From: Candidatus Nanohaloarchaea archaeon
GTDB lineage: Archaea > Nanohalarchaeota > Nanosalinia > Nanosalinales > Nanosalinaceae
DNA length: 25,616 nucleotides
Assembly (NCBI GenBank): GCA_046539225.1
Contig: JBKHHG010000005.1
Span: 1 to 25,616 of the forward strand
Direction of reading: 5' to 3'
The position numbers and the translations under genes were made by a program. Each line of letters begins with the position of its first letter. The first letter of the stretch is position 1. The notes below the pieces were generated by a model. That model saw nothing but the letters and a program-made list of their open reading frames with translations, was not told the DNA's origin and did not search any database. Shown one piece after another: positions 16,362 through 22,740 of this stretch.

Positions 16362-18083
16362 ATGAATCTTGCAAGAACCGCAGCATTACTTATACTTATA
16401 ACAACGGTTTCAGGCCTCGCAGCCGCGAGCCCAGCCGATCTAACAATTTTCCCTGAGGAGTCCTCGACTGAGATTAACTCTTTCACTTCTTACGAGGTAG
16501 AGGTACAGAACTCCGGGACAGTCAAAGACGTATACGAGATACAGCACAACTATCCCGGCGAGATCTCTGTAGCGCCCAGCAAGCTCGAGCTTGAAGCAGG
16601 CGAATCAGAAAATGTAAACGTATGGTTCAACCCAAGGAAGACCCGGGATGAGGGAACCTACCAGTTCAGGGTTTCTGCAGAGTCTCAGGCCGATGGACAG
16701 GCCTACTCAACTGAGGGCAGCGTAAACGTAATCAAAGACTACAAGATAGGCCTTGAAGCAGATGAGAGTAGAACGGTCTGTAAGGGCGAGACAGCAAGAT
16801 ACGATGTAGAAGTCGCCAACAACGGGAGTCAGACGGATGAGATAGCGTTGAGCACAGAGTTCGGAGAGCTTTCGCAGGAGAGATTGACGCTTGACTCCGG
16901 AGAATCAAAGAATGTGACCGTAACAGCAAGTTCTGAAGACGCGCTGGACAGAAACTTCAACATCCAGGCATCCTCAACTTCTGTAAGCTACGCGACCGAG
17001 TCAAGAAGCGTGGAGTTCACCTCAGAGACCTGTTTCCAGTCAGAGATCTCGGCGAACCCGGAGACAGCTGAAGCAGCGGCATTCGCTCCAGCAGAGTTTG
17101 AAATCGCTGTACAGAATACAGGTACAAGAACCGATGAGTTCACTTTAAGCTCCGATGCAGGAGAGCTTGACACTTCGACACTTGAAGTCGAGCCTTCATC
17201 GACAGAGTCGGCTACGTTATCCTTCACTCCTGAAGAGCTTGAAGATCAGAGTATTACGGTAGAGGCCTCCGGACGTTCATCATCCAGCCAGAATATCCAG
17301 GTCCAGGCCTACAACGGGATGGAGTCAAACGTAGAGTTCGATAGATCGAGAACGGTCTGCAGAGATCAGTCCGCAACTTACGAGGCAGAGGTAGAGAACA
17401 CTGGAGAAGCAGCTGAGACTTTCCAGCTCTCCAGCAATATCGGAGAGCTTTCCACAGAAGAGCTTGAGCTCGAGGCTGGAGAAGATGAGGATGTAGAGCT
17501 TGAGGTCAACGGTTCAGGTATGGAAGACGGCGAGCACCAGGTAAGAATAGAGTCACAGGCCTCGACCTTTGAAGAACCCGTGAACACAGACGAGACAACT
17601 TTCACGGTCGAGAACTGTTTCGACCTTGATATGGACGTTGTTCCCGAGGTGGCTTCAGCAGGCGAAAACCTTTCAACCATCTACAAGATCCAGCTTGAAA
17701 ACCCTGGAACAAGAGAGAACACGTACCGGCTTGTAAGCGAGGGACCGGAGTGGATAGAGATCAGGCCTGAATCCCTTACAGTTGCAGCAGGCGACACCGG
17801 CACCGCCTACATGTACGCCGGCGCACCGTTCGAAAAGAAAGGCCAGGTAGAGATCACGGCCATCGCAGAAGGAGAACAGGTCAGGGAATCAAGAACCGTT
17901 GAACTCGTGATAGGCCAGGAGATCGAAGACGCGATCAGGAGAGGAGACTCACTGACCGGAAGATTCATGGACTCGGCCTCAGGCCTCTACAACACGGTTA
18001 CCCAGGGCAACGTCCAGAAAGGCCTCGCCGCAATAATCGTGGGACTTGCGTTGACCGCGGTCATCCTCTACCGTGAATGGTAG
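16362..18083 (+). CDS. COG1470-like Ig-repeat surface protein with C-terminal TM anchor
   Basis: Signal peptide ending AAA-SP. About five repeats of Y.VEV.N.G...D.(F/Y).L...L..GE. C-terminal GLAAIIVGLALTAVILYREW. The track's GTG 16347 lies within the SD. Confidence 0.88.
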   Translation: MNLARTAALLILITTVSGLAAASPADLTIFPEESSTEINSFTSYEVEVQNSGTVKDVYEIQHNYPGEISVAPSKLELEAGESENVNVWFNPRKTRDEGTYQFRVSAESQADGQAYSTEGSVNVIKDYKIGLEADESRTVCKGETARYDVEVANNGSQTDEIALSTEFGELSQERLTLDSGESKNVTVTASSEDALDRNFNIQASSTSVSYATESRSVEFTSETCFQSEISANPETAEAAAFAPAEFEIAVQNTGTRTDEFTLSSDAGELDTSTLEVEPSSTESATLSFTPEELEDQSITVEASGRSSSSQNIQVQAYNGMESNVEFDRSRTVCRDQSATYEAEVENTGEAAETFQLSSNIGELSTEELELEAGEDEDVELEVNGSGMEDGEHQVRIESQASTFEEPVNTDETTFTVENCFDLDMDVVPEVASAGENLSTIYKIQLENPGTRENTYRLVSEGPEWIEIRPESLTVAAGDTGTAYMYAGAPFEKKGQVEITAIAEGEQVRESRTVELVIGQEIEDAIRRGDSLTGRFMDSASGLYNTVTQGNVQKGLAAIIVGLALTAVILYREW

Positions 18084-18100
18084 AGGCCTCTCTTTTCTTT
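18082..18100. terminator. Short palindrome plus T-tract between convergent genes
   Basis: AGAGGCCTCT followed by CTTTTCTTT. Confidence 0.35.
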
Positions 18101-19239
18101 CTATTGTTCTTCTGTAACTGTTGCTTCAAGATGTGTTCTGCGGTAAAACTGATCGCAGCCCCAGTCTGTATCCTTCAGGCCTACTCTCACTGTCTCACCT
18201 GATTCTATAACGTGTTCAAAGCTTGTTTGGTTTCCAACCTCTATATCTTCTTCGAAGACTGTGATATCGTTGATCTTTACCAGTGTAGTCTGTGGGCCTT
18301 GCCCATCTCTGGGCCCGTCGCTTTCTATCTCTTTCATGTGGAAGTTGAAGTCTATGGTACCGGGTTCAAGCTCGTTAGATTTGAAGTATACCTCGCCACA
18401 GTATCCGCCGCTGTAGCCGGTATTGATCAACAAATCGTGCTGATCGTCCGAGGAAGTTGCCTCAATGTTTTCCAGAGTGTGTATGGTATTCTGTCTTGTC
18501 TCGACCGTCCATTTAGTCTGCTGCTCTATTTTCTCTGTGTCGATATCCTCGTTTATCTCCACGCATTTCTCGTGGTAACTGCTCCAGTCATGTTCCGGAC
18601 CGCATCTCGTAATGTTCACCGGTTGGAGATCCATGGTCTGCCGGTCCCAGCTGAACTCTACATCGTTTTCATTTACTACAGAACCTTCATCCAACAAGAT
18701 TGCGAGATCGGCCTCTTCACTTTCTCCGGTCCAGAGATCCTCCCATGGGAAGATGATGGTTTCCTGGTCCCCGTGGATGGGTTTCTCCGAGACTCTTTCA
18801 CCGTTCTTCAAAAGAGTTATCTCAGGCCTTGCATCTATATCCTCTGGCTTAAAGAGCAGTCGGAGAAAAAAGAATCTATATCGGCCGGAGGCCTCACCAG
18901 GTTCCACTCTTCAGCCCTCATGTCGACGGTGTTGCTCCATGTGGATGGCTCTGTCTGAAGAGTGCACGCTTCTGAAACCCAGCCGTAGTATGCTTTCCAT
19001 GGGTAAAGCGTGCTGACCTCGGAGTATTCTCCTTCCTCCTCCTGGACAAAGAAGTAGTTTTCCGTGCCCTGGACAGGCCTGAAATCACAGCTATCTGAGG
19101 ACACAAGCTGGGCTTCGTCAACGGTAGAGTCAACAGAAAAAGTGTTCCACCCTTTTTCAAGATCTACTGACGCCGAGAAAACGCTGGAAATAAGAAAAAG
19201 CAGGAATGTAAAGAGAAGCAGGTTCTTCCCAGTATTCAC
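18101..19239 (-). pseudogene. Secreted protein with two GWN-type repeats, split by a -1 frameshift near 18852 (about 379 aa if restored)
   Basis: Joins track ORFs 18835..19239 and 18101..18907. Adding one T gives SDCSFKP...TIIFPW, which parallels repeat 1 SDSCDFRP...TLYPW. Confidence 0.7.
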
Positions 19240-19280
19240 TGGCTAATGCCGCCTGGCTCCTCTGTAGGGCCTTCTCCATC

Positions 19281-20285
19281 CTATTCATCTTCAGAGTCTG
19301 CGTCTCCTGGATCGCTGGACCCTGAAGGCCTTCCTTCAACGGTTACACTTGTCGAGGTTTCCTCTTCGTAGCCGTATACTACTTCAATTGGAATCTCTGT
19401 GGTCTGCTCCAGATCTGTAACCTCTCCGAGGCCTACGAGTTCCATGTCAAAGCATTGGTATCCTTCTGATCCTATGAGTTCTACTGTCGCACTGTTTCCG
19501 CCGTTTTCCTGGCTGCTCAACTCGACGTTTCCAACGTCCTCGACCCTCAACTCGACTTTGCCTTTGGCATCCTCATTTACGTCATACCCTGTGTCCTCTT
19601 CGGTGCTTATCCCATCTGAGGTTGTTGTCAGGAAGGGGGTGCCAGATCCCTCGTTACGGACAGTAATACAGATTTCCTCGTTTCCGGTGCCATCGCTGTA
19701 GAAAACGTGAGGTGTTGTACCCTGGACATCAAACTGGATAGGCCCATCTGAAGTATCTACAGGCGGGCTTGTCTGTCCGACGTCTTTTTCCTGGTATCTC
19801 TCGTTGCTCATCATCTGGATCTCTGCGGATCCTGTGGTCCTTGTCTGGTACTGCAGCTTCGCGTTAAAGGTGTAAGGATTGATTTTACCCTCGTCTATAG
19901 AAGGACTTGTTAGTGTAACCCTATCGCTTCCCGGGATCGCCGGTGAGGTATCGGTAGCGGTCTCCAGATCGCCTATATTCAAGGTTCTGTCAGTACTTGA
20001 AACTTCTCCGCCATCGGAGGTTCTCCATGTTCCCGGATCATTTGTTGGGAATGTCGGCCCGAAAAGTCTTGCGTAAACATCATTGATCTGTTTGTCTCCT
20101 GTATTCTCCAGCTCCATGTACACCGAAGTAGACTGGCCGCCAGGTACAGGGTTGGGCGTAATATTGAATTCGTTTACCGCAACAGGCGAGGTGTTTGCCT
20201 CTGAGTCATCCCCGTTGTCTATGCATCCAGAAGTTATTAGAATTCCTACGAACAAAATCAGCATTAGTATATTGTCAAGTTTCAT
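19281..20285 (-). CDS. Putative lipoprotein (ITSGCID), beta-rich exported domains
   Basis: 334 aa. Hydrophobic signal with SGC lipobox. Confidence 0.85.
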   Translation of the reverse strand: MKLDNILMLILFVGILITSGCIDNGDDSEANTSPVAVNEFNITPNPVPGGQSTSVYMELENTGDKQINDVYARLFGPTFPTNDPGTWRTSDGGEVSSTDRTLNIGDLETATDTSPAIPGSDRVTLTSPSIDEGKINPYTFNAKLQYQTRTTGSAEIQMMSNERYQEKDVGQTSPPVDTSDGPIQFDVQGTTPHVFYSDGTGNEEICITVRNEGSGTPFLTTTSDGISTEEDTGYDVNEDAKGKVELRVEDVGNVELSSQENGGNSATVELIGSEGYQCFDMELVGLGEVTDLEQTTEIPIEVVYGYEEETSTSVTVEGRPSGSSDPGDADSEDE

Positions 20286-21073
20286 CCTCTGTTCACAACT
20301 GTTATATCGAGGTTTGGTTCTTTGATGTATTTATAATATGTGGTGAAAAACAGGTTTCTGACCCCGGTCGACCCCGATGACAGGTCACAGATGTTTCTCC
20401 AGCTTGAACCGGATACAGGCCTCTCCATCTTGGGACAGTTTTCAAATACGTTTTCAGGCGTGTACTCGAAACGGTAAGGGCCTTCAACCCTGCCGACACC
20501 AGCGTTCTCCACGGAAAGCTCGATGCTGTTACCTGAGCTGTGGGCTACCGGCGACTCCGTAACCATCGATGCCTTGAGCTCGTTGTTGGAAAAACTCTTC
20601 GAAACTGTAGTAGTGTTCTCGATATCCTCTAAATCCTTGAAATCAACTTTTAAAGGCTTCTGGCTGGAAAGCGAGGCATTGTAAGAAGCCTTTAACTTCA
20701 GGGGCTCCGTGCGTTGCCTGAAACCCTGTAGATCTTCTTCGGGAGGGGCCTGAACCTTCCAGTTGCACTCCATCTCAGGGTAGATGTCTTCACGAGCGCC
20801 TTCAAGCTCATCTACATCCGGTGTGCAACCTCTCTTTGTGACGTTGAGGTGAGGCCCTTCATTGAAGATTGAGATTTCGTTGACCTCGATAAAGTTATGG
20901 TAGTTCTTGAACCGGGCGGTTATGATCGCGTTCTGCTCAGGCCTCAACTGGTTGTCTGTAACCGAGAACTCCTTTATTTCAAGGCCTTTATCTGGCGACT
21001 CTTTCTCTCCACCATCTATACATCCTGAAGTGATTAAAATTACAAGCAGGATTAAAAGGAGTTTACCTTCCAC
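20282..21073 (-). CDS. Putative lipoprotein (ITSGCID), paralog
   Basis: 263 aa. Lipobox. ATGA overlap with the next gene. Confidence 0.85.
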   Translation of the reverse strand: MEGKLLLILLVILITSGCIDGGEKESPDKGLEIKEFSVTDNQLRPEQNAIITARFKNYHNFIEVNEISIFNEGPHLNVTKRGCTPDVDELEGAREDIYPEMECNWKVQAPPEEDLQGFRQRTEPLKLKASYNASLSSQKPLKVDFKDLEDIENTTTVSKSFSNNELKASMVTESPVAHSSGNSIELSVENAGVGRVEGPYRFEYTPENVFENCPKMERPVSGSSWRNICDLSSGSTGVRNLFFTTYYKYIKEPNLDITVVNRG

Positions 21074-22121
21074 GGTACTCCACCTCCACTGTTTTCTCTC
21101 CTATATCCTTGACATAGGTGTAATTTGTTTCTGCTGTAATCTCGCCGCGGATCGAGCCTTCAAGGCCGTCAAAGACGCTTTCGTCAACGTAACACCTGAT
21201 TCTCTCAGATTCTCCCTCGTACATCGTGATCGTATCGTTTACATCCTTGCCGCAGTTCGCCTCCTGCAGATCAAAGTTTGAGGCCTGGATCTCCGGGACT
21301 TCTGCATTGATAAGGCCTGTATAGGATGTGCCTTCTTCTTCTTTCTGGTTCTCCATATAGATCACGACCTCTACCTGGTCGCCTTCAAGGAAGGTCGAAT
21401 TCTCTTGAGATGTGGAGCCGATGGTCTCAATCCTGAAAGCCATAGGCCCTGCGGACGAACGGGACTCCAGGTCGGGTGTTCCCTGAACATCTTCCGACTC
21501 CTTGAACTGTAGCTGTCTATACGCGGTGACGGAGTAATCGAACGGCACCTGGAACTTAAGGTTACAGCTGTAGCCGTTAATCGGCACGTTCTCAGTATTT
21601 ATGTTTTCAAGCACCCAGTTAAACCTGACCTCTGATGTTTTAGGCAGGTGATACTTTGAACTTCCGGAAACATCTCCGGGACCGCGGACCTCGAAATCCG
21701 TCACATCAAATATGTCCCTGCATCTATTCGTCAAGATGCGGTCGCCGTAAGGCTCGTCCGAACCGGTTTCCTGACCGCCTTTGGCCTCGGTCAGACACTG
21801 AAGGTACAGATTCTCATTCTTGGTTGAGCTCTCGGTTCCGAAACGCTCCCGGCACTCCTTTACATCCCTGCTCGAGATTCTATCCTCTTCGGTATTGAAG
21901 TCGGAGTTGATCGTCAGATTAGCTGGGAGCTCACCCGTGTTTTTAACCTGTAGAGTGGCGGTCGTGCTCGAACCAGAGTGGATCTGAGAAGGCCTTACGC
22001 TCAACTCTTCTACACTGATAGCGCTTTCCCCATCTGACTCTGTATCATCGCCTTCATCTATGCATCCAGAGGAAAGCAGGATCGCCGCCAGTAAAATTAA
22101 TAGCACTGCCTTTCTATCCAT
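21063..22121 (-). CDS. Putative lipoprotein (LSSGCID), paralog
   Basis: Likely start MDRKAVLL at ATG 22121 (352 aa) rather than 22295, because this puts the lipobox at the N-terminus as in its paralogs. Confidence 0.85.
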   Translation of the reverse strand: MDRKAVLLILLAAILLSSGCIDEGDDTESDGESAISVEELSVRPSQIHSGSSTTATLQVKNTGELPANLTINSDFNTEEDRISSRDVKECRERFGTESSTKNENLYLQCLTEAKGGQETGSDEPYGDRILTNRCRDIFDVTDFEVRGPGDVSGSSKYHLPKTSEVRFNWVLENINTENVPINGYSCNLKFQVPFDYSVTAYRQLQFKESEDVQGTPDLESRSSAGPMAFRIETIGSTSQENSTFLEGDQVEVVIYMENQKEEEGTSYTGLINAEVPEIQASNFDLQEANCGKDVNDTITMYEGESERIRCYVDESVFDGLEGSIRGEITAETNYTYVKDIGEKTVEVEYRGR

Positions 22122-22131
22122 ACATGAATTA

Positions 22132-22740
22132 ATGGAAGGCCTGAATAAAAAACTGTCAGGAAAAACCCGGCTGAAAACAGAGCAGCTCAAAGAAAAATCG
22201 CTTACATACCTGACAGCTTTAGCCCTGATAGCCGCGTCAACAGCCCAGGTTCTGAGTTCAGGGCCTTTTACTGAAGTCGCAGCAGTCCTCATCATATTTT
22301 ACATAGGTGCATCAGCTGAAGCCTTCCAGAAAAAGGTTTTCTATGTGTTGAGTATTGCTTTAACGTTGATCGTGTTCCAGGCCCCTGTGGCTGCCGCTAT
22401 AGTTGTATTAACGGCGTTATTGCTTCTATCTTACAGGAATTTAAGTTCTGACAGAATAAAGCTTCTTTACCTTTTTCTTTCAGGCGTGGTTTTTCATTTA
22501 GGCGATTTTCTGACCACTTTGAAAGGCCTGGAAATCGGTTTGGCGGAGCAGAACCCTGTGCTGGTAGAGGCCTCGTCTTTCACAGGTTTGTGGTTCGCTC
22601 TTTTCTCATCAAAACTTCTGCTTTTTGCAGCAGTCCTTTTTCTCTATTATAGAAGGGTTGAGAACCTGGAACTGATGCTTGAGGCCTTTATGCTTTCAGG
22701 GTTTTATCTCGTGGTCTCTAACCTGAATGCTATTCTGTAA
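22132..22740 (+). CDS. Polytopic membrane protein with DUF5658-like C-terminal part
   Basis: HLGDFLTTLKGLEIGLAEQNP fits the D..TT..G...G..E.NP pattern. About 7 hydrophobic segments. Start codon uncertain. Confidence 0.65.
   Translation: MEGLNKKLSGKTRLKTEQLKEKSLTYLTALALIAASTAQVLSSGPFTEVAAVLIIFYIGASAEAFQKKVFYVLSIALTLIVFQAPVAAAIVVLTALLLLSYRNLSSDRIKLLYLFLSGVVFHLGDFLTTLKGLEIGLAEQNPVLVEASSFTGLWFALFSSKLLLFAAVLFLYYRRVENLELMLEAFMLSGFYLVVSNLNAIL

Noticed and set aside
18212..18958. 248-aa plus-strand ORF and many other short antisense ORFs in the track
   Set aside because: They are shadows of real acidic-protein genes on the opposite strand and show no acidic composition or motifs.
19436..20416. AGGCCT-free gaps (also about 6455-7198 and 2008-2738) as foreign islands
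   Set aside because: With mean spacing of about 210 bp and about 120 sites, gaps up to about 1 kb are expected by chance.
22122..22295. N-terminal extension of the 410-aa ORF as given in the track
   Set aside because: It overlaps the opposite-strand membrane gene and would displace the lipoprotein signal from the N-terminus.
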